Origin: Octopus vulgaris
Taxonomy: Eukaryota
Assembly (NCBI GenBank): GCA_951406725.2
Contig: OX597835.1
Coordinates: 22,134,001 to 22,198,000 of the forward strand
Reading direction: 5' to 3'
Length of the DNA: 64,000 bases
Below the pieces are notes generated by a model, which was not told the DNA's origin, made no database searches, and was given only the letters and a program-made list of their open reading frames with translations. This document shows positions 1-12,299 of this stretch, one piece after another. The translations under genes and the position numbers were made by a program. Position 1 is the first letter of the stretch; the number at the start of each line of letters is the position of its first letter.

Positions 1-725
1 GTAATCTGACAACTAACTTGACCCTTTCGCACTTAAACTGGCCAAATCTGGCTCAAATATTTTGCATGTTTTATTAAGCAAAATAAGCATGTGCTGAAAG
101 CATCAAGGAAAGAGGGTGCACCAGGGTTTATGGCACAAAAGAAATCACTTTTAACTCTTTAGCATTCAAAGCAGCCATATCCAGCCCAAATATTCTACCT
201 GTTTTATGTTCAAACTGGGCCAGATCCCAGCCTCTCATACCTACCCTGCAATGTCATTCTGAAAGTCAACAATGACATCGTTGAAATCCTGAAGCTACAA
301 GATAATGCATGATTAATTCAAAACAATGTAAATAAACAAGTATTACATTTGACTGCGTAATCTGAATGCTAATGGGTAAACTTAGTCATATCTAACCCAG
401 ATATTCTACTTGTTCCATGTTCAAATTGGGCCAGATCCAGCCTCTCACACCTACTCTAGAATGTCATTCTGAAAGTCAACATCATCAAAATCCTGAAGCT
501 ACAAAATTATTGCATGAATAATTCAAAGCAATGTGAATAAATAAACATTATATTTGACTGGGTAATAGGAATGTTAAAGGGTTAAACTAGCCGTATCTAA
601 CCCAGATATTAAACCTGTTTCGTGTTCAAACTGGCAAGATCTGGCTTCTCACACCTACTCTACAATGTGATTCTAAAAATATACGATCACATTATCGAAA
701 TCTCAAAGTTATTAGATAATTACAT

Positions 726-1145
726 GATTTGCTAAGTTGTCATGTCTTTTGTATTCTTTCTGTGCCAGCATGCTACATTCACTTACTATATGAGTAACAC
801 TTTTCCTCTTTTGATTTGCATAGCCTACATTGGGAATCTGTTTGGTTTTTGTCTATCTTGGCTTTTATTCAATTAGTCCTTAATGCTTGATCTTGTGCTG
901 CTACTAATAAATTTTCTGTTTTCATTTTCAGCCTTCCTTTCTGCAACCATAACCATGTTTCACTACTACTATTTGCTGCAATTATCTTTGGGAATCTACC
1001 ACGCCTTCTTCTACCAGTCAGATAACTTCTGCTCGTTTTTCTGGCTTTTAACTTCATTTGGGTTTTTGGTTTCCCTATGTTTTGCTGTAACTCTAGTAGC
1101 TTTTAATAAACTTTCTTCACAATTACCTACATAGGAGTCTATATC

Positions 1146-1146
<1 letters not shown>
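726..1146 (-). mobile_element. Decayed R4/Dong-like (RLE-type) non-LTR retrotransposon fragment
   Basis: Across stops and frameshifts reads ETWLWLQKGRLKMKTENLLVAAQDQALRTN*IKAKIDKNQTDSQCRLCKSKEE/VTHIVSECSMLAQKEYKRHDNLA: a CCHC knuckle followed by RHD. It abuts a (TAA)n tract, the known Dong target. Confidence 0.85.
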
Positions 1147-1147
<1 letters not shown>

Positions 1148-1211
<64 letters not shown>

Positions 1212-1900
1212 CATCATCATCATCATTATTATTATTGTTTTTATTATTTTGTAGGGGAACATGCAGTTTAAAACCTACAACCAAAATGCTATCTTCCAAA
1301 ATCTCTTTTTGAAACAGGAACCATCAAATTAAATTAATAAGAAAAAAAGGCACTAAACTGACCCTTTTCCCCCTTCCCCTCCCCCACTTGCTTCTCTTTC
1401 TCCTTCTCCAGCTGCTTCCTCTCATGTTTCTTTCTTTCATCAACTTTTTCTTTTGCAAATAGCTTTCTAATAATTATTATCATCATAACAATAATGACAC
1501 CCATCATTATCATTATTGTTGCTATCATCCTCATCATCCTCCTCATCATCATTATCTTCATCCATTGAATCATTCTATGCAGGCTTGTTTCTCTGCATGC
1601 ATCTTTTCTTCACCTACCACCACCCCATCACTATCATCACCATCATGATCACTATTACCATCACTACCACCCTTATGATCACTGCCACTGCCAACAACAA
1701 TTCCACCACCATTACCTTCACCACTACAACCATCCACCACCGCTACCATTACATCAACCATTTCTCCATCACAGCCACAACTATCAGCTCCACTGCCATC
1801 ACATTCATCACCACTACTGATCACCAGGGTAACCATCACCATCACCATCACCATCGCAACCACTGCCACCAACACCAACATCACCACCACTTCCAGCACC
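1148..1900. repeat. (ATT)n and degenerate (CAT/CAC)n tracts
   Basis: Direct reading of low-complexity tracts. Confidence 0.9.
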
Positions 1901-1908
1901 ATATATAA

Positions 1909-2582
1909 TTTGATATAATTGTATTTTACCCATCTATAATTAAAACCCCTTCTTTCTCAAAACTTTAGCCTTCATCAACAGACAGTAGAGCATGAATCAA
2001 TGAAATTATAGTATCATAGAGATCAATTAGGATAATTATGTATATCAGAAATAATACTTCCTGAGTGACAAAAAAAAAATGAAATAATTAGGTTGAATCA
2101 GTAGATGTTCACATGGAGCCACACAATTGGACTAAATTACATGAAATTAAAGGAGTCTACATTTTGGATCTTTTGTGTAAGTCAGTGACTTTCCAAAGGG
2201 GTTTATATAGAGATGATGGTCTTTTGCTCTTGTGCAATATGATTGACCATGAACTAGATAGATTTAGAAAATAATTAGGAAAGATAAAAAGAACTATCTT
2301 CTAAAAGTGTTTATACAGAGATGATGGTCTTTTACACTTGTGCAATATGAATGACCACGAATTCAATAGATTTAGAAAATAATTAGAAAAGATCTGAACG
2401 AACTACCTTGTAAAGGGGTTTATACAGGGATGATGGTCTTTTACTCAAGTATGATATGAAGGACCATGAATTAGATTTAGGAAGGATTCTTATAGAGGTA
2501 TTTACTGAAATAAATTTAAGAATTATTGTTGAGATGAACCTTAGCATAGCAAATTTGGGGGATGTTACTTTAAATGTAGATA
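1909..2582 (+). mobile_element. Decayed Penelope-like RT fragment (YRDD type) with a triplicated catalytic segment
   Basis: Motifs FDIIVFYPSI (1909), DVHM..GVYILDLL, GLYRDDGLL (three ~109-bp copies) and NLRIIVEMNLSIANLGDVTLN. Confidence 0.75.
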
Positions 2583-2977
2583 CCTACCTATATACATACT
2601 TACCTACCAACTTACCTTCCTACTTACCTACCTACCTACCTTCCTGTTGTGGTTAAGGTGTTGTACTCACAGTCATTAGATCATGGTTTCAGTCCCCAGA
2701 CCAGCTGTACATTGTGTTCTTGAGCAAAACATTTCATGTCAGGTTGCCCCAGTCCACTCAGTGGTAAATGGTTAACCTTGTGACAGATTGGCAAATAGGA
2801 GAGAAATGGTGACTGAAGAAAACCACCTGAACAGAGGTCTAGCGAGCCATGTTTTGTATTCAACAATCAAAAGGATGAATATTGCAATTCATACAGGGAA
2901 TCCACATTTGTAAGGATTGGTCATTCAACCACATTGAAGGGCAACAACAACAGCCCACTTACCTACCCGCCTACCTG

Positions 2978-3101
<124 letters not shown>

Positions 3102-3879
3102 TCTATCTTCCAATATATAAATCTTGATCATCAACATCGCCATTTAACATCCATTTTCCATGCTGGCAGAGGTGAATATATATATGTAAATATGTATGCA
3201 TAGCTCAGTGGTTAGAGCATTGAGCTCACAATCGTGAGATAGTGAGTTCAATTCCTAGACGAGTCTGTGCGTTGAGCTCTTGAGCAAGACATTTTATTTC
3301 ACGTTCCTCCAATTCACTCAGCTGTAGAAATGAATTGTGACATCACTGGTGCCAAGCTGTATCAGCCCCTTTGCCTTTCCCTTGGATAACATTGGTGGCA
3401 TGGAGAGTGGGGGGGGGGGGGGGCTGGTATGCATGGGTGACTGCTGGTCTTCCATAAACAACCTTGCCCGGATTTGTGCCTTGGAGGGTAACTTTCTAGG
3501 TGCAATCCCATTGTCATTCATCACTGAAGGAGGTCTTTATTTTTTTTTATATGCATGTATATAACACATATACATACACCTTGTTAAAAATATCACAATC
3601 TATATAGCATATGAATTGTATTTTTCTCTTCTGTGATACACCACCAATTGTTAATAAAATGCAGTTTAATTAGCTTAAATAATTATCAAGAGAAACATAG
3701 TTAAACAGGCAAAAACCAGTATGACGGCTTTTCATGTCGTCTTGACGTCTTTATGCTATTTTGCTCAAGCAGTTAAATAGCTGGTCAGGCGACCATAATA
3801 ATCATTGATATACACGGAGCCAATTATTGAGTCTCTGTGTTATTCGCTTATTGCTATTTAGTTTTCAATTAATAACCCT

Positions 3880-4520
3880 AATACATACATAAATGCATAG
3901 ATATATTCATAAATGTATGAACACACACATATACATACACATTCACATACATACATACATACACATACATACATACATACATATATACATACATACATAC
4001 ATACATACATACATACATACATACATACATACATACATACATACATACATACATACATACATACATACATACATACGTACATACATACATGCATACATAC
4101 ATACATACACATACATACACACATACATACATACATACATACATACATACATACATACATACATACACACACATACATACATACATACATACATACATAC
4201 ATACATACATACATACACACATACATACATACATACATACATACATACATACATACATACATACATACATACATACACACATACATACATACATACATAC
4301 ATACATACACACACACATACATACATGCATACATACATACATACATACATACATACATACATACATACGTACATACATACATACATACATACACACATAC
4401 ATACACACATACATACATACATACATACATACATACATACATACATACATACATACACACACACATACATACATACATGCATACATACATACATACATAC
4501 ATACATACACACATACATAT

Positions 4521-4550
<30 letters not shown>
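3880..4550. repeat. (CATA)n microsatellite
   Basis: About 670 bp of nearly pure CATA repeats. Confidence 0.98.
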
Positions 4551-4552
<2 letters not shown>

Positions 4553-4684
4553 GTATACATACCATTTACATATGGTCGCTATTAGTTACAGTAGCAGTAT
4601 TGGTTGAGAATAGCATACACATACATACATGTATATAATATGTATGATATATATATATATATATATATATGCATGTATCTATGT

Positions 4685-4727
<43 letters not shown>

Positions 4728-4841
4728 TAAATTGAATAAAAGTCAAAAATAACATTAAAAATGACATTAACAAGCAAGAGGACGCGCAGAGGGAATGTAT
4801 TAGTTTGACAATATGCATGTGTGCATGTGTGTGTGTGTGTG

Positions 4842-4893
<52 letters not shown>

Positions 4894-4989
4894 AATGTAT
4901 GCATATACGTATATTTTCATTGTTAGTGATGGAAGCAAGTATTAATTCAGAACAGCATACATATACATACATAGGCACATACATACATA

Positions 4990-5415
4990 GGCGCAGGAGT
5001 GGCTGTGTGGTAAGTAGCTTGCTAACCAACCACATGGTTCCGGGTTCAGTCCCACTGCGTGGCATCTTGGGCAAGTGTCTTCTGCTATAGCCCCGGGCTG
5101 ACCAATGCCTTGTGAGTGGATTTGGTAGACGGAAACTGAAAGAAGCCTGTCGTATATATGTATATATATATATAAGTGTGTGTGTGTATATGTTTGTGTG
5201 TCTGTGTTTGTCCCCCTAGCATTGCTTGACAACCGATGCTGGTGTGTTTACGTCCCCGTCACTTAGCGGTTCGGCAAAAGAGACCGATAGAATAAGTACT
5301 GGGCTTACAAAGAATAAGTCCCGGGGTCGATTTGCTCGACTAAAGGTGGTGCTCCAGCATGGCCACAGTCAAATGACTGAAACAAGTAAAAGAGTAAAGA
5401 GTAAAGAGTAAGAGT
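4990..5415 (+). mobile_element. SINE family A (tRNA-like head, CORE-like TTGGGCAAGT, internal TA/TG tract, (GAGTAAA)n tail), full length
   Basis: A-box TGGCTGTGTGG and B-box GGTTCAGTCCC. About 20 full or partial copies in the window, e.g. 6570, 7645, 11278, 20405, 34740, 37890, 47270, 51130, 57910. Confidence 0.9.
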
Positions 5416-6109
5416 ATACATGCAGTATATACATATATTACCAGCGTTGCCTTACCGGCACTCGAGCCCCGTGCTGGTAAGGTATTAAGAGCACCATCCG
5501 AGCGGGATCATTGCCAGAGCGGCTATCTGGCCTCCGTGCCGGTGGCACGTAAAAGGCACCATTCGAGCATGATCGTTACCAGCGTCGCCTTACTGGCACC
5601 TGTGCTGGTGGCATGTGTAAAAGATTCGAGCGAGGTTGTTGCCAGTACCGCTTGGCTGGCCCCATGCCGGTGGCACGTAAAAGCACCCACTACACTCTCG
5701 GAGTGGTTGGCGTTAGGAAGGGCATCCAGCTGTAGAAACACTGCCAGATCAAGATTTAAGCCTGGTGCAGCCATCTGGTTCGCCAGCCCTCAGTCATTCG
5801 TCCAACCCATGCTAGCATGGAAAGCGGACGTTAAACGGTGATGATGATGATGATGATTTATGTATATATTTGTGTGTTTGTGTCTTTGTCCCCCCACCAT
5901 CACCTGACAACCAATGTTGGTGTGTTTACGTCCCCGTAACTTAGTGGTTTGGCAAAGATACCAATAGAATAAGAGCCAGACTTACAAGAATAAGTCCTGG
6001 GGTCGATTTCTTCGACTAAAAGGTGATGCTCCAGCATGGCCACAATCAGAATGACTGAAACAAATAAAAGAGTAAAAGAATAAAAGAAAAAATAATACAA
6101 TATATATAT

Positions 6110-6124
6110 ATATAGATATATGTA

Positions 6125-6178
<54 letters not shown>

Positions 6179-6185
6179 TGTGTGT

Positions 6186-6228
<43 letters not shown>

Positions 6229-6273
6229 TGTATGTGTGTGTGAGTGTGTGAGTGTGTGTGTGAGTGTGTATGT

Positions 6274-6352
<79 letters not shown>

Positions 6353-6808
6353 TGTGTATGTGTGTATGTGTGTGTGTGTGGGTGTGTGTGTGTGTGTGTG
6401 TGAGTGTGTATGTGTGAGTGTGTATGTGTGTATGTATGTGTGTGAGTGTGTATGTGTGTATGTATGTGTGTGAGTGTGTATGTGTGTATGTGTGTGTGTG
6501 TGTGTGTGTGAGTTTATGTGTGTGTGTGTGTGTGTGTGTGAGTTTGTGTGTGTGTGTGTGTGTGTGGTGTGCAGGAGTGGCTGTGTGGTAAGTAGCTTGT
6601 TTCCCAACCACATGGTTTTGGGTTCAGTTCCATGGTGTTGCACCTTGGGCATGCGTCTTCTTCCATAGTTTCAGGCTGACCAAAGCCTTGCGAGTGGATT
6701 TGGTAGACGGAAACTGAAAGAAGCCCATTTTATATATAAGGTGGTGCTCCAGCATGGCTGCAGTCAAATGTCTGAAACAAGCAAAAGAAAAAAATACATG
6801 CACACGCA

Positions 6809-6869
<61 letters not shown>

Positions 6870-6883
6870 ATGTGTATATATAC

Positions 6884-6923
<40 letters not shown>

Positions 6924-6939
6924 GGATGTGTATATATAC

Positions 6940-6976
<37 letters not shown>

Positions 6977-7084
6977 TGGATGTGTATATATACATGTATA
7001 TATATATAATATATAAATGTGTGTGTGTGTGTGTGTTTGTATATATACACATATATATATATATATATGGATGTGTATATATAC

Positions 7085-7121
<37 letters not shown>

Positions 7122-7138
7122 TGGATGTGTATATATAC

Positions 7139-7208
<70 letters not shown>

Positions 7209-7240
7209 TTGTATATATACACATATATATATATATATTC
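6110..7240. repeat. (GT)n and (TA)n compound microsatellites
   Basis: GT tract 6130-6565; TA tract 6812-7240 with a recurring GGATGTGTATATATACATG higher-order unit. Confidence 0.97.
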
Positions 7241-7906
7241 ATACATCATCATTTAACGCCCTCCACCCATTACATGATAGGAAAACAGGCTATGTAATCC
7301 CTCAGTCACACCTGTACCTAATTGCAGGTGTGGCTGTATGATTAAGAAGATATAAGATATTGTAGATAGTATTTCTGAAGAGGAGGTCAATCACCTGGTA
7401 ATTGTAACATTATTAGAAACCACTCATCTAAAACATTTCGACAATTCGTAATGGCATTCTACCATTTTACCATTCCATTTGGCACCCTAACTTTCACACC
7501 ATCCACCACCCTGCCCCTCTCAGTAAATACATGAATTATACAAGAGTTACAATTGTATGGGATCAGTACACACAATTCTCTTAAGGTTTAATTCCATCAT
7601 AGGGTTCGTTTATAGTTCTACTATATGATATATATGTGTGTGTGTGTGTGGTAAGAAGTTTACTTCCTAACCACATGGTCCCTGGTTCAATCCCACTGCA
7701 TGGCACCTTGGGAAAATGTCTTCTACTATAGCCTTGGGCCAACGAAAGCCTTCTGAGTGGATTTGGTAAACGGAAACAGAAACCTGTCCTATGTGTGTGG
7801 GTGTGTGTGGTTCTCCCCCCAGCACCACTTGACAACCAGTGTTGGTAGGTTTATGTCCTCATATACTTAATGATCATCTCATCACCAGTTTGGGTGAAAT
7901 CTATGG

Positions 7907-7943
7907 TTACTGAAGAGGTCCAATAAGACTGAAATATGTCTAG
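7907..7943 (+). ncRNA. Degenerate type I hammerhead motif
   Basis: TTA CTGAAGA GGTC caataa GACT GAAA tatg TC TAG. The core is intact and the stems are consistent with CpG decay of GACCGAAACRCGTC. Confidence 0.55.
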
Positions 7944-8600
7944 TGTTAGGAGTCTTTTGGACCCAATCAGAGAATGGTCTGTGATTAACTTGAGAGGACA
8001 CTCAGAATGTGGTCCCTGGATACACTGAAGCAATGCCTGGTCAGAGGTTGCTTGTGAACTCACCCTGAAAATAGCCTATGTTAGCCTTGAAGGCCAACCC
8101 AGAAAGTATTCACTGGTTGCCCAAAAGAAAAAAGTCAGAAAGTTGTCTGTGATTGCATCTAAGGCAAACTCAAAATGCAGTCTTTTGGTTGCTTGAGAAA
8201 CTACCCAGAAAATGTTCTGTGATTACATTGAGGCCTCGTTTAGAAAAATGCTTGTCCCAAGGGAAAAGAGTATCACCCAATGTTCGTGTGAGGTTTCCCT
8301 GGAGAAACATCGGAAAATACGTAGTAGCAATATATGCTATGAATTTTACACACACACACATACACACACAAAACATGCCTCACCTGACGGCAGGTAGGCA
8401 AACAATGTAAGTATCTGAACACCTGAGGATAGGGTAACCTTTAAAGAATGTCAGGCATTATTATTCTATTTCTTGTGTTACCTCATTGTTTAACCGACCC
8501 CTTTTAATACCTACCCACTGTTCTTGACTCCCTGATACACCTTTAAAGTGATCTAAATTAAAATTTTCCATCGAAATTTCGTGTTAAATTACAAGAAATA

Positions 8601-8818
8601 CTAGCGGGGATTCAAAGAGGAGAAAAGCTCGTCAGTGCTCTGCTAACATGTTAAACTAGAGCATAGGGAGTTTGGTAGATAACATATATATTAGGATCTT
8701 ATCGATACATAGAACAGACACGACACTCGGACAAATTACGGAGGCCATACACATAACAGAAAAAAGACAGAGCCTTAACAGAAAACGTGAATGGACTAAT
8801 ACCCCCCCACACACACAC
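8601..8818 (+). repeat. Inverted duplicate of the PLE GIY-YIG 3' segment at 12470-12691
   Basis: About 218 bp reverse-complementary to 12470-12691, with roughly 8 differences counted by eye. Confidence 0.93.
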
Positions 8819-9002
8819 CCCACCACACCTCGCAACCTGATGGCTAAGGATAAAATAAATAAATGAATAATGACACGGGTACAAACACTGTAATAGTCAA
8901 ACACACAGGTATTACAGGAAATTTCACTCCTTAATCTAAAGTTACTCAATATAAATTACTGTCATCACCAAATAGATGTACACACACACACACACAGATA
9001 AA

Positions 9003-9189
9003 CGAGGGGTACTGAAAAGCTCCTGGCTTTGGGTAGAAGAAAATACAGATATTCCCCTTTCAGATTCACACACTTATTGCAGCGGTCCTTCAGTTTTTCT
9101 AAGCCCTATGAAAGAAATCAGAAGGTTAGGCCTACAACCAGGCCTTTCGTGGTACCCTTAAAGCTAAGAACTTTACAACACCTACTCGA
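9003..9189. mobile_element. Degenerate mariner-type MITE
   Basis: Imperfect TIRs CGAGGGGTACTGAAAAGCTCCTGGCTTT / AAAGCTAAGAACTTTACAACACCTACTCG. Confidence 0.55.
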
Positions 9190-10743
9190 ATGTATCAAAT
9201 AACGTAAAAGTAATTTACATTCCAAACTCCAGGTTAATAAAGACAGTTATTTTCCTAAATTCTTCCTTATCTTCGAAATTCACTGAAACAAAAGCAGCGT
9301 AGTCAAGAAACTCCTTTTGATTTTTGCATTTTCGCCAAAATCTTTCGTCAGAATATCACCTGAAGAAACGGCACGGTTATGTAACAATATGAGTTACGTA
9401 ATGTTATATAAGCTATATTTTGAGCCATCCTTCTTCTTTATTTACTGAATATACTCCGCATACTAAGTAACAACTATGCCGAATTGACCAGTTAAATTAC
9501 GTGGAATACTTCTTTTCTTGGAATAATCAAGGATTTTGTCAAATTAATTTTAACTAAATTATCTTTAAAGAAAATGTAGTTATGGGGTAGTTTTGCATGC
9601 TGATGATGAAAATCGCATTATTTTTTCTAGAAATCGATAATAAAAATCTTACAAGCCATCATGTAAAATTGCATCAGAAATTCATTTTGTATTTTTTTTA
9701 ATAATCTAGTGAAAGCTTGAAAAGAAAAACAAAATTCAAGTCCTTGGAAGAAATTTAACAAGATTCGTAATCTGTTTAGCCAAAGGTATGCGAAGGTGCT
9801 TCAAGGTTAATTTGTCAAAAACCTCTGTAATCCTTTGCTTTACCATACATACATTCATACATACATATTACGTACGTAGGTACGTACATTGGTATATATA
9901 GTTTACAGATCCAATATAGGTATGATCAACATAAAAAAGCAGTTCATCCAGTGAGAGATAATTATCAATTTAATATACAAAATTAGAAAAGAGTTGTGCG
10001 TGCGCGGATGTTGTGTGTGTGCGTGCGTGTGCGTGCGTGTGCGTGCGTGTGCGTGTGTGTGTGTACGTGCATGTTTGTTTTAAAAAAAAATATATGCCAA
10101 AAATTCATTAATATGATTATTTCAGGTATTTCTTCAGGATTGATAAACCAAATTTTATCTCACATTCATTTTCTTTCTGCTTGAACGGAGAAGAGTTATA
10201 TAAGGTGCGAAATCTTCCTCTATATCGACAGCTCCATTATCTGACGCATTCCTACGATATTTTACTAAGTAGAAAAGATATGATTTAGGACAATTTGGCT
10301 TTTGTTTCTAGCTGGTTGAACGACCATGTAAGACAGTGTGATTCCCTTCATTGAGCATGGGAAAATTGTGACGAGAAGTGGCGCCGTAGTCGCTAGGCAC
10401 AACCTTCTCATCAAAGCAAGTCACTTTTTTCTTTCTTAGTCAATAATGTACTTTTTTGTACTCAATATGTAATAAAGGAGTAACTAATAGATTCTTTTGT
10501 ATTAAATAATTGGTATAAAAAATCAAAAATAGTGGGGGTTTCTTTTCAAACACCGGTGAGGCATACGTTTTTCTGGAAAGCTATAATGGGGCCTTGGGGA
10601 AAATAGGTTGGGAAACACTGATATAAAGGGGGTTTTTTTCTGTTGACTCTCATAACAATATTTCAGATGTAATAAGGTCACGTAATTATTTCGAGCGAGA
10701 GCAATTCATATGTAGTAACTTTACATAAAGGAGTGGAACTTAC

Positions 10744-10883
10744 AGTTTCCTGTAATTCAGACCACTTCATGGCCTCAACAGACAAAACGGAAAAAAGCGT
10801 TGTCCCGGAAGATGGCGAGGAAGATGCGTTGGAACAGCCACTCTGACTGACGCAGGATCGCACTTGCGGATAACCGTCTCTAC
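10744..10883 (-). CDS. Putative early exon of a divergently transcribed gene (product uncertain)
   Basis: On the minus strand: acceptor tttttgtag|, 140 bp of unique CpG-rich sequence open in one frame (...LSVEAMKWSELQET), good-context gccATG at ~10770 and a consensus donor ACT|gtaagt. No downstream exon was recognised in the window. Confidence 0.45.
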
Positions 10884-12299
10884 CTACAAAAAGTTTTACC
10901 ACGCAAAAACCATACAGCGTCGTTTTCTCAGAACATTGGAACTACCTTTGAAGTGCGGATCAAAAATATCGAAAAAAGGGACATGTTATAAATGGGGAAT
11001 TTTAACCTTCGCCCTTCCCGTTATGTTTTCAACAGTTGTAAATTTAGTTTAGATAAAACATATTTATCAATTTCTCCCTTTTTTTTTTATTCTTGTTCGT
11101 TTCGATGGCGCTGTTGTCACCGCGATAGACTCATAATCTAAAATCAATCAATCGAAACATCTTAAGTTCGATCGTCACGCGAAACAGTTTTTATCTTTTA
11201 CTTGTTTCAGTCATTTGGCTGCGGCCATGCTGGTGCATTTAATTTAATTTAACGTGTGAAGCATTTATTTTTTATAGGTGCAGATATAATTGTGTGGTAA
11301 GGAGTTTGTTTCTCCATCATATGGTTTCAGGTTCAGTTCCATCGTGTGGCACTAGTCTTCTGCTATAGCCCCGGGCCGACAAAAGCTTTGTGAATGGATT
11401 TGGTAGATAGAAACTGAAAGAAGCCCGTCGTGTGTGTGTGTGTGTGTGTGTGCTTGACAGCTGGTGTTGGGTTGTTGGCGCCTCCATTATTTGGCGGTAA
11501 AAGACACCGATAGAACCAGACTTAGCTTTTAAAAGGAATAAGTACTGGAAGCGATTTCTTGGACTAAAACCCTCCAAGGCGGAGCCCTAGCGCGGTCGCA
11601 ATCCAACGACTCAAACAACTGAGAGATAAAATATACCGATCTTCAATTTGGAAGATCAAGCCCCAAGGATTACCCCCAAGACTGATTACTCAAACATTGT
11701 TTTTAATCTATTTGTATACAAAAATAAAATAGAATAAAATGAAATACTTTTTGTCGCTCATTGACGCACACAACAAAAGTTTCTTTGTATCTTTATTCTT
11801 TGTAAGGCAATGATAACAATTTTACAAGGAAGATGAAGCCATCTGTTTGCAAGCATGCAATCGAAATTGGACCATCCTACGAAGCGAAGTAGTTCTATAA
11901 CCAGACGACAGGAAGCGTCGTGAATGGCAACCATTCAGTTTCCCATTCAATTCCATCCTCGTCTTCTCGCGTCACTAATGGTCTTCGTATTGTATTTTTA
12001 TAATTTTTTTCTCTTTCTCACTGTCAGACATGCTTTGTATCTTGTCTCTCCCTCCATCCTATCACTGTCTTACTATTTCTTCCCCCTCTCTCCTCCCTCT
12101 TTCTCTCTCGCACGCTCATACACACACATACACACATTGTTTCATTCACTCGCACACAAAAATCTACTCAGTCTTTCCCTGTTTCCTTCCCTCTCACACT
12201 TTATCCTTCTTTATTCTTCTTACACTTACTGTCTTTTTTTAACACATTATCTTTCTCTAACACATTATCTTTCTGCCAATAGGCACACGCACTGTTTAT

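Noticed and set aside
3858-4638. Long ORFs (200-240 aa) of YVCM/HTYI repeats, and similar ones at 5900-7341, 17254-17902, 29715-30327 and 31841-32364
   Set aside because: These are translations of stop-free microsatellites, with no coding complexity or splice context.
7851-8063. ORF with LKLITDH resembling a Gypsy RNase H motif
   Set aside because: No supporting upstream RNase H or RT motifs were found; a single short match is not enough.
8419-8450. CTGAGGA plus a short stem as another hammerhead
   Set aside because: The GAAA half of the core is absent (TTAAAG) and no stem I pairing is evident.
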